DNA from: Squalus acanthias
Lineage: Eukaryota
Assembly: GCA_030390025.1 (NCBI GenBank)
Contig: CM059432.1
Coordinates: forward strand, 126,234,001 to 126,298,000
Reading direction: 5' to 3'
DNA length: 64,000 bases
A model generated the notes under the pieces. The model made no database searches, had not been told where the DNA came from, and saw only the letters and a program-made list of their open reading frames with translations. Every line of letters starts with the position of its first letter. Positions within the stretch are counted from its first letter, which is position 1. The translations under genes and the position numbers were made by a program. Below, piece after piece: positions 26,101-39,214 of this stretch.

Positions 26101-28093
26101 ATGGAGGCAGAGGGCATGGTTGAGGTACTAAATGAGTACATTGCATCTGTCTTCACCAAGGAAGAAGATGCTGCCAAAGTCATAGTGAAAGAGGAGGTAG
26201 TGGAGATATTGGATGGGATAAAATTTGATAATGGAGGTACTAGAAAGGCTGACTGTACTTAAAGTAGATAAGTCACCAGGACCGGATGGGATGCATCCTA
26301 GGATGCTGAGGGAAGTTAAGGTGGAAATTGCGGAGGTCCTGGCCATAATCTTCCAATCCTCCTTAGATACAGGGGTGGTGCCAGAGGACTGGAGAATTGC
26401 AAATGTTACACCCTTGTTCAAAAAAAGATGTAAAGATAAACCCAGCAACAACAGGCCAGTCAGTTTAACCTCGGTGGTGGGGAAGCTTTTAGAAACAATA
26501 ATCAGAGACAAAATTAACAGTCACTTGGACAAGTGTGGATTAATTAAGGAAAGCCAGCATGGATTTGTTAAAGGCAAATCGCGTTTAACTAACTTGATTG
26601 ACTTCTTTGAGTTAACAGAGAGGGTTGATGAGGGCAATGCAGTTGATGTGGTGTACATGGACTTCCAAAAGGTGTTTGATAAAGTGCCACATAATAGGCT
26701 TGCCAGCAAAGTTGAAGCCCGTGGAATAATAGAGACAGTGGCAGCATGGATACAAAATTGGCTAAGTGACAGAAAACAGAGATTAGTGTTGAATGGGTGT
26801 TTTTCGGACTAGAGTAAGATATACAGTGGTGATTCCCAGGGGTCGGTACTAGGACCACTGTTTTTCTTGATATATATTAATGACTTAGACTTGGGCGTAC
26901 GGGGCACAATTTCAAAATCTGCAGACTAAACAAAACTTGGAAATATAGTGAACAGTGAGGAGGATAGTGATAGACTTCAAGAGGACATAAACAGGCTGGT
27001 GGAATGGGCGGACACGTGGCAGATGAAATTTAATGCAGAAAAGTGCAAAGTGATACATTTTGGTCGGAAGAAAAGGAGAGGCAATATAAACTAAAGGGTA
27101 CAATTCTAACGGTGGTGCATGAACAGAGAGACCTGGGAGTATATGTGCTCATATCATTGAAGGTGGCAGGGCAGGTTGAGAAAGTGGTTAAAAAAGCATC
27201 CAGGATCCTGGGCTTCATAAAGAGGCATAGAGTACAAAAGCAAGGAAGTTCTGATGAACCTTTATAAAACACTTGTTCGGCCTCAACTGGAGTATTGTGT
27301 CAAATTCTGGGCATTGCACTGTAGGAAGGATGTAAAGGCCTTAGAGAGGGTGCAGAAAAGATTTACAAGAATGGTTCCAGGGATGAGAGACTTCAGTTAC
27401 GTGGATAGACTGGAGACGCTGGGGTTGTTCTCCTTAAAGCAGAGAAGGTTGAGAGGAGATTTGATAGCGGAGTTCAAAATCATGAGGGGTCTAGACAGAG
27501 TAGATAGAGAGAAACTGTTCCCATTGGCGGAAGGGTCAAGAACCAGAGGACACAGATTTAAGGTGATTGGCAGAAGAATCCAAGGCGATATGAGGAAAAA
27601 CTGTTTTACGCAGCAAGTGGTTATGATCTGGAATACACTGCCTGAGAGGGTGGTGGAAGCAGACTCAATTGTGGCTTTCAAAAGGGAATTGGATAAGTAC
27701 TGGAAGGAAAAAAAATTGCAGGGCTACGGGGAAAGGGTGGGGGAGTGAGACTAGCTGAAGTGCTCTTGCAGAGAGCCGGCACGGGCTCGACGGGCAGAAT
27801 AGCCTCCTTCTGTGCTGTAACCATTCTATGATTCTATGATCCTACCTTGACCACTTGTGTCAAATTGTTAAATTTTTTGTGGCACTATAGCCATGTCTTG
27901 GTGACAGTGCTCCTGGCTGTGTGACCTCATCGGCGATCTTCTCCCACATCCGCTGCATTAGTTGCCTCTGTGGCCTCCTTTCCCCCCCACCCTGTGGGTA
28001 CAGGACATCCTTCCACCTCTGTACCTCCTGAACCAGGACCTCCAGTGCTGCTTCTGAGAACCTGTGACCCCTCTCCCTCGGTCCCTGAGCCAT
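23188..28093 (-). pseudogene. Harbinger Myb/SANT-like DNA-binding protein gene (exons about 28093-27846 and 23986-23188)
   Basis: MAQGPRERGHRFSEAALEVLVQEV...W..IADEV..KKFNNL then AAG|GTAGG donor; downstream coiled-coil-like exon (ORF 23510-23845); frameshifted. Confidence 0.75.
24199..27840 (+). mobile_element. long CR1 LINE with partial ORF1 (GDSL/SGNH esterase) and frameshifted ORF2 (APE-RT)
   Basis: IVISDSIVRG and PDGLHL; AITETW, YRPPN, GDFN, SDH; KSPGPDG, RPVSLTS, QHGF, YMDFQKVFDKV; (ATTCTATG)n tail. Confidence 0.95.
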
Positions 28094-29177
28094 CCTGATA
28101 TGTGCCATTGTCTGTCAGCCATCACATTCCACACCTTCAGCTGCTAATCAGCGCTTGTGTGCTATATGTACAGGTCTCCTGTTTAGCAACTCCAGACACA
28201 ATTAAACCATGGTAATCAGCCCCAAAATTGCAGGCTAAAACCAAACTTTTAAGCAGGCATATCTTATTAGTACAGCACCCACTTAGTGCCTGTTTTCACC
28301 CTTTCCTTAAAATAACTCCCCCTGTCTCCAACCTCCCAGCCAATTATGAACCCATGTCACAAAGTTACCACTAATCCTGTGCTCTCTCATTTTTGTAATA
28401 ATCTCTTGTGTGGAACCTTTACAAATGCCTTCTGGAATTCCATATAGACGATATCCATATTCCCCCCACCCCCCCCCACCGTGTTCGTGACCTACTCAAA
28501 ACATTCAACTAGATTAGATATGATCTACCCGTCACAAATCTCTGATCAGCTCATAGTTGTTCAAGTGCTCAGTCATTCTGTCCCTGATGATAGATTCCAG
28601 TAACTTGCCCACACTGACATTAAACTGACAGGTCTGTAGTTTCCTGGTTTTTTCCTGCCTCATTTCTTAAATAATGGAGTGACATTTGCAATTTTACAAT
28701 CCAAAGAAACAGTTCCTGAATGTAGAGAGCTTTAGAAAATTATGCCTAGTGCGTCTGCAATTTCCTCATCTCTTTCTTTTAATAACCTGGGGTGAAAACT
28801 AGCAGGTCCTGGAGCTTTGTCTATCTTAAGTCCTATTATTTTCTCCATTACCATTTTTACTGGCTGTGGGAATGGAAGGATAGCCCTCTTCAGAGCAACT
28901 GACAGACCCCTGGCCCCTACAGGTGGCCACCAATCAAGAGGTCCTCTGACCCCGGCCCCAGCATACAGCAGCATCACTGGCATCCCTTCCTGCCGTGCCT
29001 ACTCCTGACTATCGGTGCTGCTGCTTCTGTATGCCACCCGAGCCCCTGCTGCCTCTAACTTGGCCACTTATCTGAGTCCCGATGCTGCCTCTCTCTGCAG
29101 AGACTAGTGTAAACAGGAGAGCATCAAAGTGAAAAAAGTAAAAGAGCAAAGAGGGGGAGAGACAGTAGTGAATAGCC

Positions 29178-29490
29178 TCTAGTGGGGGAGTCCAGAACAA
29201 GGGGGCATAACCTTAAAATTAGAGCTAGGCCGTTCAGCGTTGATGTCTGAAAGCACTTCTTCACACAAAGGGTAGTGGAAATCTGGAACACTCTCCCCAA
29301 AAAGCTGTTGAGGCTGGGGGTCAATTGAAAATTTTAAAACTGAGATTGATAGATTTTTGTTCGGTAAGGGTATTCAGGATTACGGAACCAAGGCGGGTGG
29401 ATGGAGTTGAGATACAGATCAGCCATGTCTAATTGAATGGCGGGACAGGCTCGAGGGGCTGAATGGCCTACTCCTGTTCCTGGGTTCCTG
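29178..29490 (+). mobile_element. CR1 3' end fragment
   Basis: GESRTRGH...FFTQRVV-type coding end and 3' UTR hairpin. Confidence 0.8.
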
Positions 29491-30045
29491 AAGTGAAGGT
29501 GGGGAGAGAAATCGATGGTACATTTACAGTACAACGTTTTGCACCCACTGTAAAGTTATAGTATAAATGCACCCTTAATTGGACCTGGCCTACTCCTTAG
29601 TTGCATCACAAGGACCCACCCACCCCCCACTGCTGTATGTGGTTGGACAGACACATGGGTGAATTCTCAACTGAAGTCTCAAATTCCAATTCCAGCCATA
29701 AGCGACATCCAGGCTCCAATGGAAAATGCAGCCCTTCATCTTGGGAAGGGAAAAGCCCTGTCAGCTGGCTTTGCTTTGGTGGCTTAAGACTGTTCCATCG
29801 GTTTAGCAAAACAAGAAAGTGAGGGCCCCAAAAGGGGATGAGGGGAGGTGGTAGCCAGAAATGCCTTCCCTTGTAAGGTGAGATTACTTCATGGTGACCT
29901 CTAGTTCACAGCTGTGTAGCACCTGCACCATGGAACATGAAACCCCATTGTGTTTACTAAACAAGCAGGGCCCATCTTGCTCTTTTGATTTCATAATCCG
30001 TTAATGGGTGGCGTCTGTTGCCTAGGAAGCCATTGAATATGTTGA

Positions 30046-30312
<267 letters not shown>

Positions 30313-31189
30313 TGAAACTGCTCAAGTTCCCAAAACATTGTGTAGGAACAACAGGTTTATTATCTTTAGAGGGCTTTTGTGCAATCGCAAATCCACATCA
30401 GGAGTTCCCTTCTCAAAGGAAAATAATGACTTGTATGATTATTGGCAAAATAAAATGTATGGGCATGCTGTATCTGCGCCCTCTAATCCTACAGGCTGGT
30501 GAGCCATCGAAGTTTCTTAAGCATGGTTTTTAAAAAAAATTCTTTCTCAAACCAAGATCTCCTTCAGTTACTACATTTCTGGTACAGTATAGCACGGTAG
30601 ATTGTGTGAGACCACAAACAATTAAGCTTTCACAATGTGCAAATGCGTATAGAACAGTCAGCTAAAGCTTTCTGGGCCATTTTTTTGTTGATAAATCAAT
30701 GTGGCAGCACCATCTAGTGTTGATTTTTCAGAATTACACAACAGGGCCAGTGGTGAAATTCTAAAATGAATTAATGTTCTAAAATCTGTTCTTTAGAATG
30801 TAATGAGGTTGTTCCTCTTTATAATTTCTTGTTAGTTATCATTCATTAATGAGGCTCTCACAAAGATCCTTCATGGTTAGTGCGCACTATTTCTGGGCTG
30901 GGTAATAGAGTGAAAATCATACATTAACGAGTCAGTTTTGCTGATCTTTTGCTTGAAAATGTTCATTAAAAGGTGCGTGCCACACAAGTTTTGACAGGGT
31001 AAAGGAGAAAAGTCAGAAGTGTCTTCTCATTTTGTCATATAGGATGTCACAATGATGTATTTTGGTGCAATTTGTATCATTCAAGTGTGAGTTTGCGATC
31101 AACTGCAAAAAGGCTCAAATACAGAAGAGAGCGCTGATTTAAATTGATAGTACACACAGCAGCCTGGCTCAACAGAATAAGGATGAGTT

Positions 31190-32400
31190 ATTGCCCAGCA
31201 CTTATGTGGTGGGAATATTGCCTACAATCTGTTAGCCCAAGCCTGAATATTGTGCAGATCTTGCCTTCGGCTGGCATGGGCTGCTTCATTATAGGAGGAG
31301 TTGTGGAATCGTCAATGGACAGCAACACTCCCAATTATCATAGAGAAAATCATTATTGAAGCAGCTGAAGATGGTTGGGCCAAGAACACTTCCCTGAGGA
31401 ACTCCTGCCTGCAGCGCAGTCCTAGGGCTGCAATAATTAGGACCATCTTCCACGTGCATCAGATGTGAGCCCAAACACTGGAGGGTCTTCCCCATTGGCC
31501 TCCGTTTGCTAGAGCCATAATCAGTCGATTGCTGATTTGAGGTCAAAGGCAGTTATTTTCACCACTCCTCTGGCACTCAGCTCTTGTGTTCATGTCTAGA
31601 TCAAGGTTATGATGACGTCTGGAGCCCAATGTTCAGGTGGAACCCGGAATGAGTATCAGATTAACCAATAACCAACCAGGTTATTGTGAGTAGGTGTCAC
31701 TATTGATAACTCCTTCCATTTGCTTTGGTAATTGGGAAGCAGCTGACAGTGCAGTAATCGACCAGGTTAGATTTTTCCGGTGGCTAGGACGTATCTGGGC
31801 AACTTTACACATTATCAGACAGATGCCAATGTCCTAGCTGCACTGGAATAGCTTGGGTATAGGAGCAGCTAGACCTGATGCACAAGTCTTCAGTACTACA
31901 ACTGGCATGTTGTCGGGGCCCATAGACAAGTAGATTGGTGAAGATGTGGTCAAGTTGGCTACTCCTTTCTGTTGATTCCCAGTCTGACAGCTGTGCCCTT
32001 CAGAATTTGACCAGCTCAGTCGGTGATGGTGCATAATTGAAGTCCCTCATCCGTGCCCTTCTTCCTTCAAGTGGTGTTCAGGGAAAGCAGTAGGTGGTAA
32101 TGAGCAGGAGGTTTCCTTCTTCTAGTTTGATCTATAGCGGTGAAAATTCCTGGGGGATCCAGAGTCAATGTTGAGAACTCCCAGGGCCACTCCCCCCCCC
32201 AACTGTATACCACTGCGCCCCCACCTCTGGTGAGTCTGTCCTGCCAGTGGGACCGGATATACCCAGGGATGGTGATCGAGAAATCTAGAAGGTTGGCTGA
32301 TAGATATGATTCTGAGAGCACAACTGTGATTGGATCTTGTTTACGGGACAGTTCTTTGAACTTGGGCACTGATCCCCAGACGTTAGCAGTGTCGATTGCC
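31190..32400 (-). mobile_element. old, heavily deleted CR1-group LINE
   Basis: GVPQGSVLGPTIFSCF (RT), GPDNMP..VLK, LSESYL...DR..RGGG (APE). Confidence 0.75.
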
Positions 32401-32469
32401 TGATCCAATATCTAGATTGTCCATCAAATATTTCTCATTATTCAGTTTCATAGTGATTGTTTTTAGGTC

Positions 32470-32710
32470 ACTTCGGAGAGCCTTAAGAGTCAACCACATA
32501 GTGTGGGACTGGAGTTGCGTGGCAGATTCCTTCCCTGACGGAAATTATTGAGCCAGTTGGGTTTTTATAACAGTATGGCAGCTTTCATGGTGATTTTTCC
32601 CGGTATTAGCTCACAAATGACCTGATATTTTGACAACCTGCCATTGTGGGATATGAAATAATGCTCTTTGGGTTGCTAGTCCAGTGCCAGAACCATTACA
32701 CTACCGTACA
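32470..32710 (-). mobile_element. tRNA-headed SINE (third family); related copy at about 15045-15240
   Basis: GGTAGTGTAATGG A-box-like head on minus; shared CCAGTTGGGTTTTTA and TTCCTTCCCTGA core. Confidence 0.55.
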
Positions 32711-32931
32711 CATGTTCATGTATTCCTTTACATGTGCCCTCTCACACTCCCAACTTTCCCTGCAGTCACATGGCTGAAGAAGTTTTCAAAAGAGGAATAT
32801 TAAAGAATTTAAATTTTTAAAAGAATCTCTACACTTCATATCCAAAAATAACCCGCTTCCTAATGCTTGATAGTCTCACTGTTGTAACCTAGAACATTTT
32901 ATTTCTGTTAAATCCCTGTTCTTATCTTCAG

Positions 32932-33019
32932 GGCGCTGAGAGGAAAATCCGAGATGAAGAACGGAAACAGAACCGGAAGAAAGGAAAAACTCCGGGAACG
33001 GCGAACCAAGCAAACCCTT
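32932..33019 (+). CDS. grhl2: grhl2 coding exon (about exon 10)
   Basis: CAG/GTAAG; GAERKIRDEERKQNRKKGKTPGTANQANP; 88 bp. Confidence 0.95.
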
Positions 33020-33135
33020 GTAAGCAGATTTCATTAACGAGGCATTTTTTTTTAAAGTTCTGACTTGAAAAGGCAGTATTACCTCCGGAGTGGAATTCCT
33101 TTGGGATAAAAATGTGTTTCCTCCCTGGCATTCAG

Positions 33136-33275
33136 CGTCAGAAGGCAAATTGAGCAGTGCAGCCTTGCAGAAGAGAAGTGATGCTACTTTCTTCAAAACC
33201 ATGATCGACCTGGATTCCCAGCCAGTTCTCTTCATACCAGACATTCACTTTGGGAACCTCCAGAGGAGTGGGCAG
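33136..33275 (+). CDS. grhl2: grhl2 coding exon (about exon 11)
   Basis: CAG/GTAAG; (S)[46 protein letters not shown]; 140 bp; phase fits the previous exon across a 116-bp intron. Confidence 0.94.
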
Positions 33276-33606
33276 GTAAGCACAATCCTCCTTCCATCTC
33301 CTGGCGGACACCGTCAGTTATACACCACTCGAGGGTCTTTATTTTAAAGGCTTTGAGAGTAATATTTACATTTAGTTTCTGTGTGGTTTTTTTTCTCCCA
33401 TTTGTCTTCCCCTTGCCCCTTGAGGTGTAGTTGGTTGACCGACAATGGAGGTATCAAAGCCGAGCCTGATTCTTGACACCCTAATGCACAGGGTACTTTT
33501 CCGCCGGAGTCACTGGATAATGATCAGGAGCAGACAGGGTGGCTGACTTTTCCCTTGATCTTTCCCCGCCCTTAACCCAAGGGTGTCAATGTCAGTTGTA
33601 GCTTCC

Positions 33607-33859
33607 ATAAGAACATAAGAAATATGAGCAGGAGTAGGCCATTCGACCCCTCGAGCCTGCTCCGCCATTCAATAAGATCATGGCTGATCTTCTACCTCAA
33701 CTCCACTATCCCCATATCCCTTGATTCCCTTAATATTCAAAAATCTATCGATCTCTGTCTTGAATATACTCAACGACTGAGCCTCCACAGCCCTCTGGGG
33801 TAGAGAATTCCAAAGATTCACCACCCTCTGAGTGAAGAAATTTCTCCTCATCTCAGTCC
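33607..33859 (-). mobile_element. CR1 3' end inserted into an older SINE
   Basis: Nearly identical to 18249-18510; TAAGAACA tail. Confidence 0.88.
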
Positions 33860-34229
33860 AGTGAGATTAGTTAACATGAAACAGAACAGGGATTGAACCT
33901 GGAACTGTTGTGATCGGATCTGTATGTCTCAGTACCACACCATATGATGCATTTGCCCACTGAGCTTATTTTGGGGTGGGGGGAGGAGGGGAGTGTGGAA
34001 AGTGAAGGGAGGAGTCGGCTTGTTTTGTTATAGTTCTTTACCTGTTATCATTGTTCACTTGCTGTCTTGTCTATTGGGTGGTGTTCAGTCCCACTGTCTG
34101 CCCTGGGTTCTGTGACTGACAGGAGCCCAGGGAAAAGGGATGTGAATATCCAAAGTGCATTTTTTTGGGGAAAGTTGACCTTTTATTTCAAAAACTTGAA
34201 TCTTGCAGTGGATGGAGGTGGAAAGATAT

Positions 34230-34885
34230 GGACCTAAAAATTTGGGCGCTAACTGGCCTACTAAGCCCCCAGTATAGCAGGCAGGAAGCGTGCACATTTC
34301 TGGCCAGAAGTGCACCCTCTGTCATATTGGGATGGGAAAAAAATAGCTGTCCTTTACTCATGCCTGAAGCAGGTGTTAGGCCCTTTGCATATGTAAATAA
34401 GGGGCCTAACACCCGCTAGAGGCTTGCTCCCAAAGATTGGTTTCCCCTGAGGCAGCCCGTGCCATGGGATCACCTGCCAACCAAGAGGGAAGTAACTTAG
34501 CTAAATGTGGAGCCAGAAGGGACTGGATGCTCCTTCAGACCCCACATTAGAGGAACTGATTGCCGCTGCTCCTACCCCATCATCCCTGGTCTCTTTACCT
34601 CCCCCGGCCCCCTTCCCCCAGCGGGCTTTCTCTGCCAACACCCGATCAGCCCTCACGCTCCTCAGCCCCCTACCTGAACCCGGGCATGATTCCTGGACCC
34701 ACTTACCCGAGGGCCACGGTAGCATGAGCCGTGTCCCGATAATGCACAACTCTTCACCGGTAGACTCTGATGCCGCGTTTGGCTCCAATTTAATGAGGCT
34801 CAATAATCTGGGGAGCTTGGGGCCACGCCATTCATGCACAGAGAATATACCCTGTGGCCCAATGTGCGGGCCCGAATTTCTGGCC
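34230..34885. mobile_element. Harbinger-like MITE
   Basis: GGACCTAAAAATTTGGGC / GCCCGAATTTCTGGCC termini, TAT on both flanks. Confidence 0.6.
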
Positions 34886-35458
34886 TATTGTACACTTTTT
34901 TTTAAAGGGAGTACCATACACCTGTAAAAGTCTTTGGGAATCTTTTGTTTCTGAAGGGGGAAGAGCCAAGGCCTATTCTCACCCTGACATCACATTTTGA
35001 GATGATTTACCTCATTATACACCTATTCCATTGAAAATGAAAGAAAAAATACGCTTAACATTTTTAGTGCCGATTTGATAGCTTTATGGGTTTTTAAAAA
35101 TTGTCCATAGCCTAGAAATGAGTGTTTGTGATATGTGCACAAGAATGCAAACCGTGATTGTATGTATGACATTCCCCTGTCCACAATTTAATGGAGGCGC
35201 TAACCCATTTAAGGTGAATGCAAACAGTCATTTGTAGGCTCAAATGTTGGAAAATAAAATGCTGCTGGCAAAGGGATGAACTGCAAAGCCACTCCCCTCA
35301 AACTTGTCACATTTGCAGGAAAAGGCAGAACTGGAAATTATCAATGGTGAGGAGGTTTCAAACTGATTGGCATCATTTTGGGGCTTCCCGTTCCACTCCA
35401 GCACAATACAGATTTTCCTTGTGTCCAGTTTCTGACGATGTGTTCTTCCGTTTTATAG

Positions 35459-35496
35459 ATGTACAGTGTCAGCACGGATGACATGGAGAGGGAAGG
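35459..35496 (+). CDS. grhl2: grhl2 micro-exon (about exon 12)
   Basis: TTTTATAG acceptor, GTAAGC donor; MYSVSTDDMERE(G) resembles human VYYNTDDEREG; needed for frame continuity. Confidence 0.88.
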
Positions 35497-37122
35497 GTAA
35501 GCATTCCGTTGGTCTTTGTGCATATTCGTCTGGGTCAAAGGTGATGGTGCTGAGGAGTAGAATATTTTAGCCTTCTGGGCCAGACAATTGCAACACTGGC
35601 TGAATTTCAACAAGAGAAGAATGCACTTTGTTTCTAAAACAGAAAGATATGTTTCCTTATGGCCAGGGCCATTGCGGTGACTAAAAATTACACTTTTATT
35701 ACATGCAATTCCAGGATCTAACCAGTATCTTTGGGAATGATAGTCACAGTTCTCTGTACATTTTACCATCAGTGGCCTTGTTTATGGCCTAGCGGAATGA
35801 TTGTTTGTGCATACAGGCTACTTAGTGATAATGGAACTCCAGGATTTGACATACAATCATCAGAACCACCCATTATGCATATTCTGGACTTCACAACTGC
35901 ATTAAAACAGAAGACACAGGAATTCTGAAGTAATGAAAAACATTTTTTTTTAAAACACAAATGTCAATTTTGACTCCCATCTCCCCACCCCCCGCTCCAT
36001 GTTCAGTTCTAAACACTTGGATTGATTTGGTCTATCCTATGAACAGTACTAGAGAATAGCAGCAGGATACTTAAAAGCTGTTTCAGCTACTGTGGGCCTA
36101 ACTAATTGGCAGGAGCTGAGCATTAATGGACTAAGCCAGTGGGGCAGCACTTCGTGTATCTTATTTTAATTTAGGAGACTAACTACGGAATTGCCCCTTC
36201 ACTCTCCTTTCCTGAAGGCGCTGACTCTTGCTATGGTACGGTTCCTTGAGTGCCAGCACACTTCCAGCTCCTCAACAGAGTTGAACGTTCTTCATGTGTG
36301 AGCCTAGACAGTGAGTGTCAGTAGATCTTTCAACGAGGGGGAGCATCACCATTGAGCTCAATCCTCTCCCCACCTGATGTTCACAAAAGTTCATTTTCCA
36401 AAAAAAAGGGAGTGGGGCAGTGCACAATGGTCGTGAGATACAGACCAAGCTAGTCATGAATGGTGCTTTACAGCTAACATCAATTAACTCTGCCCGGCCC
36501 TAGGCCTTCTCTGGTCTGTGTGGCTCAGTACTGCACTGCACCATACTGCCCACTGAGCCATCATGGTTGCCCTTTTATTTTAAATATGTAATTAGTTGAT
36601 CAATACGAGGGGAAGGTGGTTTAAAAACAGAAGAAGTGCTTCAAACTGGCCTAGATTTGCATCCATTCTATGCACAAGGGTTTTATGAGGAGTTACTTCA
36701 GATCCTGTCAATCGGTTTACTAACGGCCTTTCACCGTAACCATAAGGTGTGTCCAGAAACTTGCTGCTTAAATATATCTTCAGCTTCGATAGCAAAGAAA
36801 GAAAATCAAAGCAACCACTCAGTTTGTATTGAAAACAATGGAAAAAGTTTATCTTCACTGAGCGATCAACGCATGAAATGGACACCCAGATAGAGTAGTG
36901 GAGGCAAAATTACCGGACTCATTTAAGAACCAATTGCATACTGCTATGGGAGGGACTTCAGGGCTATTCTGGATTAATGAAGTAAGAGGGCCATAATTAT
37001 CCATAATTATCTCGTGAAAAGGCAAAGCATTCTGTGCATGAAAAATGAAATCTTTAATTGAGTCTAACTGAAAAGTGTTCCAGAGCGGGCTTGAAGTTCT
37101 AACAAGTGAGTTTTTTTTCCAG

Positions 37123-37211
37123 TGTCCTTGTGAAAAGGATGTTCCGATCGCTAGAAGATGAGTATTCCCCAACAGCTACCAAACAGTTAAGAGAGGAAGT
37201 GCATAAAAAAG
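37123..37211 (+). CDS. grhl2: grhl2 coding exon (about exon 13)
   Basis: T8-CCAG acceptor, GTACC donor; (G)VLVKRMFRSLEDEYSPTATKQLREEVHKK. Confidence 0.92.
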
Positions 37212-39214
37212 GTACCTTCCTGACCTCCATCATCATCTTATTTAGAGATTAAAATGGTGCTTTGCGGATCTTGTGTCTTGAGTTTCCTGCTGAAGTTGGC
37301 AGAAATGTCACTCTAGGACAAATGGAATCTTGCGGCCCATTAAAATGTATTTAACTGGGGGAATTAAGTTGCCAAACTGCATTGAATTTTGCTACGGGGG
37401 AATGTACATCTGAGATGCATTCCAGGGTACAGTGAACTTTCACTGGCCACGAGACATTTAAACTTCATTTTTTAAACTTTTCGCGGGGTTTTTCCGATCA
37501 TCCACCGCAACCTTTGGTGAAGATCCGCAGGAAACTAGTAACTATAACCGTGCAACCGTAACCATCAACAAACAAAATCCTTGACTCGGTTTTGGATTGG
37601 GTTGGATGATCCGATAGTTTAAAATTGTCAACAACTTCCCCCATCCTAAGTGCAGATTCTTGTTGATTTTCGTAAAATGTTTATCAGCCGATGAGCAATT
37701 TTCCACTGAGCTCACGGCAAACCAGCTCGGTTCCAGAGCGATCAGTGTTTGGTGTGGTTGTACTCCCAAAATTGTCAAAACAAGAATTGAAAAGAATGAT
37801 GCAGTTACACTATAATCATGATTTTTTTTTTTAAATGGGAACGATACTAAATGTATTTATGAAATAAGTTAATTTAAGCACATGTTTTACGATGCGTTTA
37901 TCAAAGGGTAATTTATTTAAGTAAGAAATGGATGAATCTTATTTTCTAGATGTTGCTATGCATCATGCAATGGGATAGGGATGGTTTGTACTAATTTGTT
38001 TCACATCTTGAAAACTAGCACTTCAAAGATCTGAGGAAGCAGATAGGAATGGTGAAAACGAAGGAGGGGTTAAAGGGTGGGTGGGGGGCTCAGTTGCAGG
38101 AGAGTGAAGGGAAGAGGAGAGGGAATGAGAGTGACAGGTATGGGAAAAGAGGGAAGGCAAATAGGGGATCGAAATAGGAGCGATCTGCAGGGATTATGAG
38201 GACTGTTGTGCTCTCACTGGCCTTCCAGATTGTTGCCCAGAGCAGCCAAAGGAGGGAGCAGGACCAGAACATGGGCAGTATTTCACTCCTCTGGCCACAG
38301 CCTCTCCAGCATTCTTCCCCTTGGGAGGCAGGGACAAATCTGGTGTGTAGTATACGAGATGAATTATGTTGAACTGGACCTTGCACATTCTGCTGCACAG
38401 ATGTGACGGTCTGTTTCCACTCCTCTCATCCATCCATCTCTGTTACCTGAGGCCCAGATCTTGCTCTTAGGCCTCTTTAAGACTCTCTACGTTGTCTTTT
38501 GAACTGGAAACTAATTTGGTACAAAGAATGGAGATGTGGCTGCAAGGATTTGTTGGGGAGTTGAGATACAACTCTAGGTGGGCTGACCCATGTTGGATTT
38601 TTGGAGTGTGGCCAAGTCTTGGAGGAGATGTTTAGTTTTGAGGTAGTCAGATACGTAATGGGAGTTGGAATTCGGTGCAAGTTGTTGGAAGGGAATGATC
38701 TGTCCTCTGTCAAGGAGCTGACTGAGTCTGCAATGTCTTTCTCATGCCACATTCAGATCCCACCCATAGTGCAGGAAGTTCCTCATTATGCTAGACTGAA
38801 ACGGCCAGTAGGTCCTGAGGGATTTTCAAGGAAATGCAGTAAATAGTGTTGTCGTTATTATTGAGCTCGTGTCTGCTGGGTATATCCCCTAGGGAACAGA
38901 TACACCCCACAACAAGCAAGGTAGCAGAACTGTAACTGCTGGCTGCAAGACAATGTAATAACCACAATCCTCCCCACAATAAACATTCGTGGGGCATATT
39001 GCTAATCACAAAGGATGATTCATGGACTCTGCATGGAACTCGGGAACTAACAAGCAGTCAGGAAATGCTTCCTGAAAGCTCTCATGATCCAGGGACTTCC
39101 CACACAGACCTCGACCATTACAAAGGAAGTCAGAGTGGAGCTGCAAACTAACAGCCCCCTCCTAGTACAATGCCCCAACGTACAAGGCCCATCACCATGA
39201 GTGTAAGAAAGGAA

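Larger units (their letters stand above)
21931..28321. mobile_element. PIF/Harbinger element with deleted transposase and spliced Myb/SANT gene
   Basis: TIRs GGGGCTATTTT / AAAATAACTCCCC, CTG target duplication, convergent transposase and Myb/SANT remnants. Confidence 0.82.
21360..28860 (-). mobile_element. decayed CR1 LINE split by the Harbinger insertion (pieces 21360-21930 and 28322-28860)
   Basis: CR1 sequence CCTACTCTCTG|TCTCC is continuous across the insertion; 3' tail at 21360; KAPGP motif near 28800. Confidence 0.75.
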
